DNA of 64,000 nucleotides from NCBI GenBank assembly GCA_001464815.1, contig LNDW01000007.1, positions 79,746 to 143,745 on the forward strand, in the 5' to 3' direction. A program made the position numbers and the translations under genes. The notes beneath the pieces were generated by a model that saw nothing but the letters and a program-made list of their open reading frames with translations, searched no databases and was not told the DNA's origin. This stretch comes from Betaproteobacteria bacterium Ga0077527 (GTDB lineage Bacteria > Pseudomonadota > Gammaproteobacteria > Burkholderiales > SG8-41). Below are positions 54,204 to 62,077 of the stretch, piece after piece (position 1 is the stretch's first letter; every line of letters begins with the position of its first letter).

Positions 54204-54986
54204 ATGAATTTTAATAAATTATTGTTTTTATTGATTATTTTATGGTCATCCAGTCTTGCAGCCGCGCAGTCTGAAGTGCCGGCTGTGGCCGCGGCATCGG
54301 ACCTGAAATTTGCGGTGGAGGAAATTGCCGTGCGTTTTCGCAGCGAGACCCGGCGTGAAGTGCGGCTTTCCTTCGGTTCATCGGGCAATTATTTCCAGCA
54401 GATCGTGCAGGGCGCGCCATTCCAGTTGTTCATGTCCGCGGATGAAGACTTCGTGCACAAACTGCATGCCGGTGGCAGGACCGAGGACCGCGGTGTGCTG
54501 TACGCCATCGGGCGCATCGTCCTCTTCGCCCCGCATGCTTCGCTGCTGCAGGTCGATGCGACCATGGGCGGGCTGAAATCGGCGCTGGCTGCCGGGCAGA
54601 TCCGCCGCTTTGCGATCGCCAATCCCGAGCACGCGCCATATGGACGGGCCGCGGAGCAGGCCCTGCGCAAGCTGGGACTTTGGGAGGGTTTGCGCGACCG
54701 GCTGGTTCTTGGCGAGAACGTATCGCAGGCAGCGCAGTTTGCCGCGGGGGGCTCGACCCAGGGCGGGATTTTTGCCTACTCGCTGGCGCTGGCGCCGCAG
54801 GTTTCCAGGCTTGGCCGCTACGTGCTGCTGCCGGAAGAATGGCACCAGCCGCTGCGCCAGCGCATGGTGCTGACGAAGGGTGCCGGGGAAACCGCGCGGG
54901 CTTTCTACGCCTATCTTCAGCAACCCGCGGCGCGCGAGGTGTTCGTGCGTTATGGTTTCACGCTACCGCAAACCGCGCTGCAATAA
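54204..54986 (+). CDS. modA: molybdate ABC transporter substrate-binding protein
   Basis: Signal peptide MNFNKLLFLLIILWSSSLAAA, then ModA blocks (..FGSSG.....I..GAP...F.SAD.., ..A.P...PYG..A...L). The ATG at 54204 is preferred. Confidence 0.85.
   Translation: MNFNKLLFLLIILWSSSLAAAQSEVPAVAAASDLKFAVEEIAVRFRSETRREVRLSFGSSGNYFQQIVQGAPFQLFMSADEDFVHKLHAGGRTEDRGVLYAIGRIVLFAPHASLLQVDATMGGLKSALAAGQIRRFAIANPEHAPYGRAAEQALRKLGLWEGLRDRLVLGENVSQAAQFAAGGSTQGGIFAYSLALAPQVSRLGRYVLLPEEWHQPLRQRMVLTKGAGETARAFYAYLQQPAAREVFVRYGFTLPQTALQ
54221..54233 (-). repeat. AT-rich element copy 8 (exact core, reverse orientation)
   Basis: Lies inside the modA signal-peptide codons KLLFLLIIL (aaa tta ttg ttt tta ttg att att tta). 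Confidence 0.9.
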
Positions 54987-54992
54987 ACCGCC

Positions 54993-55664
54993 ATGGACTG
55001 GCCTGCACTGAAGCTCTCGCTCGAACTGGCGGCATGGACCGTGCTGATCCTGCTGCCGGTCGGCATCTTTACGGGGCGGATGCTGGCTTACCGGCAATTC
55101 GGCGGCAAAGCCTGGCTGGAAGCACTGCTCGCGCTGCCGCTGGTGCTGCCACCGACGGTGCTCGGTTACTACCTGCTGGTGGTGATGGGCGGCGCTTCCC
55201 CGATTGGCCAGTTTTATGAATCCCTGTTCGGCCGGCCGCTGGTGTTCAACTTCGGTGGCCTGCTGGTGGCTTCGGTGATTTTCAACCTGCCGTTCGCGAT
55301 CCAGCCGATCCAGCGCGGCTTCGAGGCCATCGCGCCCGAGGTGCGCGATGCTGCCGCCTGCTGCGGTCTGTCGCGCTGGCGTACGCTGTGGCGCATCGAG
55401 CTGCCCCTGGCCTGGCCGGGCCTGCTGTCCGCGATGGTGCTGACGTTTGCACACACGCTGGGCGAATTCGGCGTGGTGCTGATGGTTGGAGGCAACATCC
55501 CCGGAGAGACCAAGACCATCGCCATCGCGATCTATGACCGCGTGCAGGCTTTTGACAATGCCGCTGCGGGCATCATGTCGACCACGCTGTTGCTGATTTC
55601 ACTGCTGGCGATCGCGGCGGCGTATTTCACCAGCGCCCGATTGCAACCCCGGCGCCATGGCTGA
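54993..55664 (+). CDS. modB: molybdate ABC transporter permease
   Basis: 223 aa with ModB/CysTW-type permease blocks (..LPLVLPPTV.GYYLL.., ..EFG.V.M..GNIPG.T). Confidence 0.85.
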   Translation: MDWPALKLSLELAAWTVLILLPVGIFTGRMLAYRQFGGKAWLEALLALPLVLPPTVLGYYLLVVMGGASPIGQFYESLFGRPLVFNFGGLLVASVIFNLPFAIQPIQRGFEAIAPEVRDAAACCGLSRWRTLWRIELPLAWPGLLSAMVLTFAHTLGEFGVVLMVGGNIPGETKTIAIAIYDRVQAFDNAAAGIMSTTLLLISLLAIAAAYFTSARLQPRRHG

Positions 55665-55669
55665 ATGTC

Positions 55670-56839
55670 ATGACTGAGGGCATACACATCAGGCTCAGGC
55701 AGACGGGCCCGATCCCGCTCGATGCCGCCCTCGATTGCGCACCGGGCGAGGTGCTGGCCCTGGTCGGTCCCTCGGGTAGCGGCAAGACCACCATCCTGCG
55801 TGCCATTGCCGGGCTGCTGCGTGTCGCGGAGGGGGAAATCAGCAGCAACGGCGAATGCTGGTTCGATGCTGCGCGTGATGTGTATGTGGCGGCGAGGCAG
55901 CGTCGGGTCGGCTATGTGTTCCAGAATTACGCGCTGTTCCCGCATCTCAATGCACTGCAGAACGTGATGGAGGCGATGCTCGAGCTGCCTCCGGCGCAAC
56001 GTGAGGCGCGGGCGCGGGACTGGCTGGCGCGGGTGCGCCTTGCAGGGCTGGAATCGAGGCTGCCGGCTGCGCTGTCCGGCGGCCAGCAGCAGCGCGTGGC
56101 GGTGGCACGCGCGCTGGCGCGTGAGCCCCGGGTGCTGCTGCTCGACGAACCCTTTTCGGCGGTGGACCGCGCGACCCGGCAGCGCCTTTATCGTGAACTG
56201 GCTGAGTTGCGCCGTGAACTGGCGATGCCGGTGATTCTGGTCACCCATGACCTCGACGAGGCGCTGATGCTGGCCGACCGGCTTTGCGTGCTGCACCAGG
56301 GACGCAGCCTGCAGGCAGGTGATCCCTATGCGGTGATGACCCGGCCGGACAGTGTTGAAGTCGCGCAGCTGGTGGGCCTGCGCAACGTCTTTCGCGCCGG
56401 TGTGGTCGGCCATGATGCCGGGCGCGACCGCACTCTCATCGAGTGGCGAGGCCACCGGCTTGAGGCGAGATTACAGACAGCCTTCGCCCCGGGTCAGCAG
56501 GTGAACTGGGTAATCCCGCAGGGGCATGTCATGCTGCATCGCCGCGACCGGCCATCACGTGGTGAACGCGAAAATCCGCTGCACGGCCCGGTCATCGAGT
56601 GTCTTGGATTGGGCGAGCAGGTGGCGCTGACCGTGGCTGTCAACGGCGCGCAGCGGCCGCCGCTGTTTCTCAGCGTGCCGAGCCACGTCGCCAGACGCAA
56701 CGGTATTGCCGCCGGTGTCGAGGTTGGTGTTTCCCTGCTGGCGGACGGCATACACCTGATGCCTGCCGATGAGTCACGTACACCGCCGCGGCCGGGTGAG
56801 CGCGGGCCGGGCACTGGTAAACTTGCGGCATCACATTGA
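55670..56839 (+). CDS. modC: molybdate ABC transporter ATP-binding protein with C-terminal TOBE-like domain
   Basis: [35 protein letters not shown], and a C-terminal ~130-aa extension. Confidence 0.85.
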   Translation: MTEGIHIRLRQTGPIPLDAALDCAPGEVLALVGPSGSGKTTILRAIAGLLRVAEGEISSNGECWFDAARDVYVAARQRRVGYVFQNYALFPHLNALQNVMEAMLELPPAQREARARDWLARVRLAGLESRLPAALSGGQQQRVAVARALAREPRVLLLDEPFSAVDRATRQRLYRELAELRRELAMPVILVTHDLDEALMLADRLCVLHQGRSLQAGDPYAVMTRPDSVEVAQLVGLRNVFRAGVVGHDAGRDRTLIEWRGHRLEARLQTAFAPGQQVNWVIPQGHVMLHRRDRPSRGERENPLHGPVIECLGLGEQVALTVAVNGAQRPPLFLSVPSHVARRNGIAAGVEVGVSLLADGIHLMPADESRTPPRPGERGPGTGKLAASH

Positions 56840-56849
56840 CGGCACAGGC

Positions 56850-57344
56850 ATGAAAATTTTCGGATTCGCCGGTTATTCCGGCAGCGGCAAGACCACGCTG
56901 ATCGAGCGGCTGATCCCGCTGTTCACCGCGCGCGGGCTGACCGTGTCGCTGGTGAAGCATGCCCACCATGCCTTTGATGTCGACCAGCCAGGCAAGGATT
57001 CCTACCGCCACCGCCATGCCGGCTGCACCGAGGTGCTGGTCACCTCGTCGCGGCGCTGGGCGCTGATGCATGAGCTGCGCGGCGCACCTGAACCGGGCCT
57101 GGCCGAGCAGATCGCGCGCCTGTCGCCCTGCGATCTGCTGCTGGTCGAGGGCTTCAAGCGCGAGGCGATCCCCAAGCTGGAGGTGTACCGCGCCGAGGTC
57201 GGCGAGTCGCTGATTCATCCCCATGATCCGAACGTGGTTGCGGTGGCCAGCGATGCCCCGGTCGACACCCGGCTGCCGCGGCTCGATCTCAACGCGCCGC
57301 CGCCGATCGCCGAGTTCATCCTCCGCCACCTTGGACTGCAATGA
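56850..57344 (+). CDS. mobB: molybdopterin-guanine dinucleotide biosynthesis adapter protein
   Basis: MKIFGFAGYSGSGKTTLIE.LIP....RGL.VS..KH.HH.FD.D.PGKDS. Confidence 0.85.
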   Translation: MKIFGFAGYSGSGKTTLIERLIPLFTARGLTVSLVKHAHHAFDVDQPGKDSYRHRHAGCTEVLVTSSRRWALMHELRGAPEPGLAEQIARLSPCDLLLVEGFKREAIPKLEVYRAEVGESLIHPHDPNVVAVASDAPVDTRLPRLDLNAPPPIAEFILRHLGLQ

Positions 57345-57354
57345 GGGGGCTGAC

Positions 57355-57621
57355 ATGAGCGGCGCAACCGTGACCCTGCTTTATTTCGCCCGCTTGCGCG
57401 AGTCGCTGGGACTTGCGCGCGAGGAGCTGGCGCTGCCCGCCGGCGTGGACACCCTGCAGGCGCTGCGTGTCCACCTTGCCGCCCGCGGTGGTGCCTGGGC
57501 CGAGGCGATGGCACCTGCGCGCAAGCTGCGCGCCGCGGTGAACCAGACGCTCGCGCTGGACGATACAGCGCTGAAAGCCGGCGACGAGGTCGCGTTTTTT
57601 CCGCCGGTCACCGGGGGCTAG
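57355..57621 (+). CDS. moaD: molybdopterin synthase sulfur carrier subunit
   Basis: 88 aa, ends ..GDEVAFFPPVTGG*, the canonical ubiquitin-like GG terminus. Confidence 0.8.
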   Translation: MSGATVTLLYFARLRESLGLAREELALPAGVDTLQALRVHLAARGGAWAEAMAPARKLRAAVNQTLALDDTALKAGDEVAFFPPVTGG

Positions 57622-57624
57622 GCC

Positions 57625-58086
57625 ATGAACGTACGCGTGCAGGAGGCCGACTTCGACATCGCCGCTGAAATCGCCGCGATGCGCCGCGGCAATCCCAGGA
57701 TCGGTGCCATCGCCAGCTTCATCGGCGTGGTGCGCGACATCAACGATGGTGATGCGGTATCGACGATGACGCTTGAGCATTATCCGGGCATGACCGAGAA
57801 ATCGATCGGCGTCATCATTGAGCAGGCACGCGGGCGCTGGGAAGTGCTGGATGCGCTGGTGATCCACCGCGTCGGCACGCTCAAGCCCACCGACCAGATC
57901 GTGCTGGTGGTGGTCGCCAGCGGTCACCGCGGCGACGCCTTTGCCGCCTGCGAATTCATCATGGATTACCTGAAAACCCAGGCGCCGTTCTGGAAGAAGG
58001 AAGTCACGCCCCAGGGCGCGCGCTGGGTCGATGCCCGGACCAGCGATGATGCCGCCCTGGAGCGTTGGCGGCAGGGTTCGGGCTGA
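57625..58086 (+). CDS. moaE: molybdopterin synthase catalytic subunit
   Basis: 153 aa with MoaE blocks (..GA...F.G.VRD......V..L..EHYP.M......I, ..FWKKE). Confidence 0.85.
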   Translation: MNVRVQEADFDIAAEIAAMRRGNPRIGAIASFIGVVRDINDGDAVSTMTLEHYPGMTEKSIGVIIEQARGRWEVLDALVIHRVGTLKPTDQIVLVVVASGHRGDAFAACEFIMDYLKTQAPFWKKEVTPQGARWVDARTSDDAALERWRQGSG

Positions 58087-58177
58087 CAGCGGGCAGGCCC
58101 TGCCCGGCAGGCGGACGGACAATTCCGTCTCGCCTATAATCCCGGCACATGCAAATCCTGCCGCAATCACCGTTCCG

Positions 58178-59890
58178 TTGAGCCGCCTGCTCGATCAGTT
58201 GCGCGAGGCTGCGCGCCTGCGCCTGCGCAAAACCCGCGATGACGATGCGGCCGCGCAAGTGATTGCCGGTTCCGGCAGCCTGCTCGAAGCTGCTGCGGCT
58301 CAGGCCCGGCGCAATGCGGCCCGGGAATCCGCTGAGAACCCGCGGCCGGAACAGGAACTGCTGGAGCTCCATTCGCATATCGCCGCCGCCGAGGCGGCAC
58401 AGGCCGCCTCGCGCGAGTCTGCTGCCAGCGACGTTGCCCGGATTGAGGTTGAGCGCGAACTCAGGCAGGCCGCGGACCGTCGGGCGCAGGCCGAAGCGCA
58501 GGCTCTGGCCGCGAATCAATTACGTGTCGCCGAAGCGCAGCGTGCCCTTGAAGCCGCGGCACAGCGCCAGGCTGCGGAAGCGGCGGCTCTCCACATGGCA
58601 CGCCAGCGTGAGCAGAGCGAGGGGGAGGCGGTGGCGCGGCTGCAGGCACAAGCCGAAGCTGACGCCGAAGCCGCGGCGCTGGCTGCCAAACGCGCCGTGC
58701 AGGAACAGGCGCTTGCCCGGCAATTGCGGGACAAGGCCGAGGCCGAGCAAGCCCTTGCCCGGGCCGCAGCGAACCGTGCCGCGGCCGAGCGGGAGGCCAT
58801 TGCTGCAGCGCGTGAGCATGCTGAAGCATTGCAGGTGGCGCAGGCGGCCGTGATGCAGCGCGAACAGGCGGAGCGCAACGAACAGGAGCAGGCCGCGCTG
58901 AAGATCGCTGCCGAACGACTCGCCGCCGAACGCGCCGAGTCGCTCGCCGCCGCCGAACAGAAGGCCGCCATCGCCGCCGCACAGAAGGCGCGCGAACTGG
59001 CGCTGCTTGCCGAGGCCGAGCGGCAGCGCCGTGACGCCGGGGTCACGGCCGGTGTCGCAGCTGCAGCCCGGGCACAGGCTGAAGAGCAGGCCGCGGCGGA
59101 AGCGGCAGCGCTGGAAGGGGAACGCAGGGCTGCTGCCGAAGCCGAGACCCGTCGCGCCCAGGTTGAGGCGCAGGCCGAGGCCACGGCACAGCAGCGCGCA
59201 CTGCAGGCGCGACGGGATGCGGATGCTGACCGGGCCGCGGCAGAAGCGCAGGTCGCGGCTGCCCGGGATGCGCTGCAGGCGGCGCAGGAGCGCATGGCCG
59301 CTGAGCGTGAACTCGAGCAGGCTGCGGCGGCGCGCGACCGGGAACTGGCGCTGTTGCTCGAAGCGATGCGGGAGCAGGCTGAGGCGGAATCCGAAGCCGA
59401 GGCCGCTGCAGCGGCGAAGCAGGCCGCCGAGACCGCGGCCCTCGGCCGCGAGGCCGAACTGCTGCAGGCACGCGCCCTTGCCGACGAACAGGCCGCTGCC
59501 GCGGCCCGCGCCCGGGTGGAGGCGCTTGCCGAAACCGCGCGGGTGTCGAAGCGTCTGGATGAGGCGCGGCTGCATTCGGCAGAGGCCGAGGCGGATCGTG
59601 AAGCCTCGGAGTCATCGGAGGCGGCCCAGGCGGCAGCCGCACGCAGGGCGTCGCAGACACAGTTGCTGCAGCGCTCTCGGCGTTACTGGCCAGCCTTGCC
59701 GCTGGCCCTGCTGCTGGTGGCGGCGGGGTTCGGCCTGGGCCAGTGGCGGGCCGGTATGGCACCGGCCGCACACGAAGCGAAAATTCCGGACGCACCGGCG
59801 GCCGAAATGCCGGCGACGCTGCAGCTGCGCCTGGATGCGGACGTCGAGACCTTCGGCAGCCGCCGTCCGCCCGCTGCGCAGGGCCGCTGA
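58178..59890 (+). CDS. long Ala/Glu/Gln/Arg-rich coiled-coil protein with a single C-terminal TM anchor (function unknown; start codon uncertain)
   Basis: Same frame as ORF 58031..59890. About 500 aa of heptad-like AEAQA/RQAAE repeats, then YWPALPLALLLVAAGFGLGQW and a ~45-aa tail. A TATAAT box lies at 58135..58140. No ATG lies downstream of moaE, so TTG 58178 is a guess. Confidence 0.45.
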   Translation: MSRLLDQLREAARLRLRKTRDDDAAAQVIAGSGSLLEAAAAQARRNAARESAENPRPEQELLELHSHIAAAEAAQAASRESAASDVARIEVERELRQAADRRAQAEAQALAANQLRVAEAQRALEAAAQRQAAEAAALHMARQREQSEGEAVARLQAQAEADAEAAALAAKRAVQEQALARQLRDKAEAEQALARAAANRAAAEREAIAAAREHAEALQVAQAAVMQREQAERNEQEQAALKIAAERLAAERAESLAAAEQKAAIAAAQKARELALLAEAERQRRDAGVTAGVAAAARAQAEEQAAAEAAALEGERRAAAEAETRRAQVEAQAEATAQQRALQARRDADADRAAAEAQVAAARDALQAAQERMAAERELEQAAAARDRELALLLEAMREQAEAESEAEAAAAAKQAAETAALGREAELLQARALADEQAAAAARARVEALAETARVSKRLDEARLHSAEAEADREASESSEAAQAAAARRASQTQLLQRSRRYWPALPLALLLVAAGFGLGQWRAGMAPAAHEAKIPDAPAAEMPATLQLRLDADVETFGSRRPPAAQGR

Positions 59891-59900
59891 ACAGCCAGTC

Positions 59901-60869
59901 TCAGAGACTGATGCTGTCGCCGCTTGCGATGGAGCGGATCACCGCATCGAAGGACGCGATGGTGTTGACCATTTCATCGGTGCTGATCGGATAAGGCGCC
60001 ACACCGGCCACGGCATCGGCAAAGGCGTCGATTTCGGCCAGCACGGAATCGATTTTCGGAAAATCCCTGACCTCGGTCCTGCCGCCTTTCAGCCGCACGA
60101 TGACGCGTGTTTCGTCCAGCGCTTCGACCGAACCCTCGTCGCCGAAGACATGCACGCGGAAATACAGCGGCGAGGCGCGCACCGCGCCGAGAAAACCGCT
60201 GATGTTATTTTTGAATTTGAACAGTACCGACACCGTGTCCCGCGGGTCGCCGCCTTCGCGGTGGCTGATGAACTGCGCGGTTATTTTTTCGGCGGGGCCG
60301 GCGATGTTGGCGAAGGCGTCGAGGATATGGATGCCGGTGCCGGTCATGCCCGCGCCCGGCGTTTCCGAGGGCAGGTCGCGCCACGGCGCGAAAAACTTGC
60401 TGGAGTGCTCGTTGGAGTAGTGGCCTTCGACATGCATGATGCGGCCCAGCACGCCGCTGGCCACCACCCGGCGCAGCTCCGTGCACGACGGCCAGAAGCG
60501 TTTGTTCTGGCCGACACCCAGCGGTAAGCCGGCTTTTTTGCAGGCATCCACCGCGCGCTGGGCATCGGCACGGGTCAGCGACAGCGGCTTTTCGCAGAAC
60601 ACCGCCTTGCCCGCAGCTGCGACCTGCTGCACCTGCTGGCAATGCAGCGAATGCGGTGTGGCCAGCACCACGGCCTGCACCTCGGGATCGGCCAGCGCTT
60701 CTTCCAGCGTGGCGGAAAGACGGAAGCCCTTGGCCCTGGCGTAGTCGCGGGTGGCGTCGAGTTCCTGGGTCACGCCGTGCACGAAACGCAGTTTGCTGCT
60801 CTTGCCCTGCACCGCATCGGCGATGTTCTTGCCCCACCAGCCGAGGCCCACGATTGCTGCATGGATCAT
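59901..60869 (-). CDS. Gfo/Idh/MocA-family oxidoreductase
   Basis: MIHAAIVGLGWWGKN.. Rossmann fold and VFCEKPLSLT; paralogue of the partial gene at 63253..64000. Confidence 0.8.
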   Translation of the reverse strand: MIHAAIVGLGWWGKNIADAVQGKSSKLRFVHGVTQELDATRDYARAKGFRLSATLEEALADPEVQAVVLATPHSLHCQQVQQVAAAGKAVFCEKPLSLTRADAQRAVDACKKAGLPLGVGQNKRFWPSCTELRRVVASGVLGRIMHVEGHYSNEHSSKFFAPWRDLPSETPGAGMTGTGIHILDAFANIAGPAEKITAQFISHREGGDPRDTVSVLFKFKNNISGFLGAVRASPLYFRVHVFGDEGSVEALDETRVIVRLKGGRTEVRDFPKIDSVLAEIDAFADAVAGVAPYPISTDEMVNTIASFDAVIRSIASGDSISL

Positions 60870-60898
60870 AATTTTATCAATTAAATCAGTTAGTTAAG

Positions 60899-61531
60899 TT
60901 ATTTCTGCGCGCAGATGCGGCAGGCATACTCTTCCAGTGTGGTGCGGGTGACCCCCACTGCGCCATGCTGGCGGCGGTTGTATTCCTCGCTTTCGAGTTC
61001 GGTGCGGAATGAATCGTTGAGGCGGTTGATCATGTTGAACATGCCGGTGATCAGCGAGATCTCGACAATCTCGGCGTCGCTGAACTGTTTTTTCAGATCG
61101 TCCCAGACTTTGTTGTCGCGTTTCGCGGTGTTCAGCGTCATCGCTTCCGCCCAGGCAATGACGGCTTTTTCGCGATCATTGAACAGCTGGCTGTCGCGGT
61201 AATCATCAGCCTGCAGTGCGTCGAACTCTTCGTCTTTCAGTCCCAGTGCTTGACCAAGCACGTAGTTGTGCTCCGTTCAATATTTGCAGCCGTTGATTGT
61301 CGAAGTTTTCAGCACGGCAAGGTTGCGCAGGCGCACATCGGATACCGCGCCGGCATTGGGCTGGCGCACCGCTGCGATGAAGGGCAGGGTCCAGCGCGCC
61401 AGATAAGGGCTGTGCGCGAGGATGCGCATCAGGTTGGCAGTGCGGCCGAGCATCTTGTTCGAGGCCTCGAACAGCTCTTTGGCCGGGCCTGTTGCTTCTT
61501 CGTCGCTGATGCCGCGGATGCGCTGGGTCAT
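60899..61531 (-). CDS. carboxymuconolactone decarboxylase / AhpD-like family selenoprotein (CxxU); in-frame UGA at 61277..61279
   Basis: The ORF-track entries 61277..61531 and 60899..61261 are in the same frame. Joined, they read ..LKTSTINGCKY-U-TEHNYVLGQALGL.., which places Sec at the second Cys of the AhpD-core N.C.YC..H motif. A SECIS-type hairpin follows. Confidence 0.75.
61246..61261 (-). other. bacterial SECIS-type hairpin (GUGCUU-GGUC-AAGCAC)
   Basis: A perfect 6-bp stem with a GGUC apical loop, the same loop sequence as the E. coli fdhF SECIS. The stem starts 15 nt after the UGA. Confidence 0.6.
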
Positions 61532-61543
61532 GGTGATGCCTCC

Positions 61544-62059
61544 TCAGGGTTGTTCGATGGCGTTCACGGCCGCATAACGGCCGCGGAAATAACCCAGCGC
61601 GTCGCGCTCGGCGTGGGCGTACTTGAGCACATGGCCGATGAAGATCACGTGGTCGCCGGCGTAGTGGCGCGCTTCGGTGCGGCATTCGAACTGCGCCGCG
61701 GCGCCGTCGAGCAAGGGCAGGCGCTCGCGGCCTTCGGAGCAGGCGACACCCTCGAACTTGTTCGGAATCGGCTTCGAGAAGCGCTGCGACAGCTCTATCT
61801 GGTCCCGTGCCAGCACATTGATCGCGAAATGCGTGGCCTGCAGGAAGTTGGGCAGGTTGGGTGAACGCAGCGACAGGCTCCACAGCACCAGCGGCGGTGC
61901 CAGCGACACCGAGCTGAAGGAGTTGGCGGTGAGGCCGATCGGGTCTCCCGCAGCGGTGCGGGTGGTGACGATGGTGACCCCGGTGGCAAACAGGCCCAGC
62001 GCATTGCGGAAGTCGCGCGGATCGAAGTCCGGCGCGGCCGGTGTGTTGTGGTCAGCCAT
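61544..62059 (-). CDS. flavin reductase (NAD(P)H:flavin oxidoreductase, HpaC-like small component)
   Basis: 171 aa: ..FR.ALG.FATGVTIVTT......P.G.TANSF.SVSL.PPLVLWS. Confidence 0.8.
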   Translation of the reverse strand: MADHNTPAAPDFDPRDFRNALGLFATGVTIVTTRTAAGDPIGLTANSFSSVSLAPPLVLWSLSLRSPNLPNFLQATHFAINVLARDQIELSQRFSKPIPNKFEGVACSEGRERLPLLDGAAAQFECRTEARHYAGDHVIFIGHVLKYAHAERDALGYFRGRYAAVNAIEQP

Positions 62060-62077
62060 CGTTGCAGGGTCGGATCG

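Noticed and set aside
14892-57354. N-terminal extensions suggested by the ORF track (ugd 14892, selU 17615, tesA 21619, glk 26501, mobA 32199, DUF3305 33901, fdhC 41892, ABC ATPase 52839, modA 54111, mobB 56769, moaD 57223)
   Set aside because: The extensions overlap upstream genes or intergenic repeats, lack similarity to the family N-termini, and internal ATGs with better RBS or context reproduce the canonical N-terminal motifs.
58516-60527. Multiple long ORFs on both strands over the coiled-coil gene (58516..59295-, 58520..59575-, 59043..59795-, 59007..60527+)
   Set aside because: They are artefacts of the GCN/GAR-rich repeat composition. Only the 58031/58178..59890 frame gives a coherent heptad pattern plus a terminal TM helix. 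ORF 59007..60527 also runs antisense through a solid Gfo/Idh/MocA gene.
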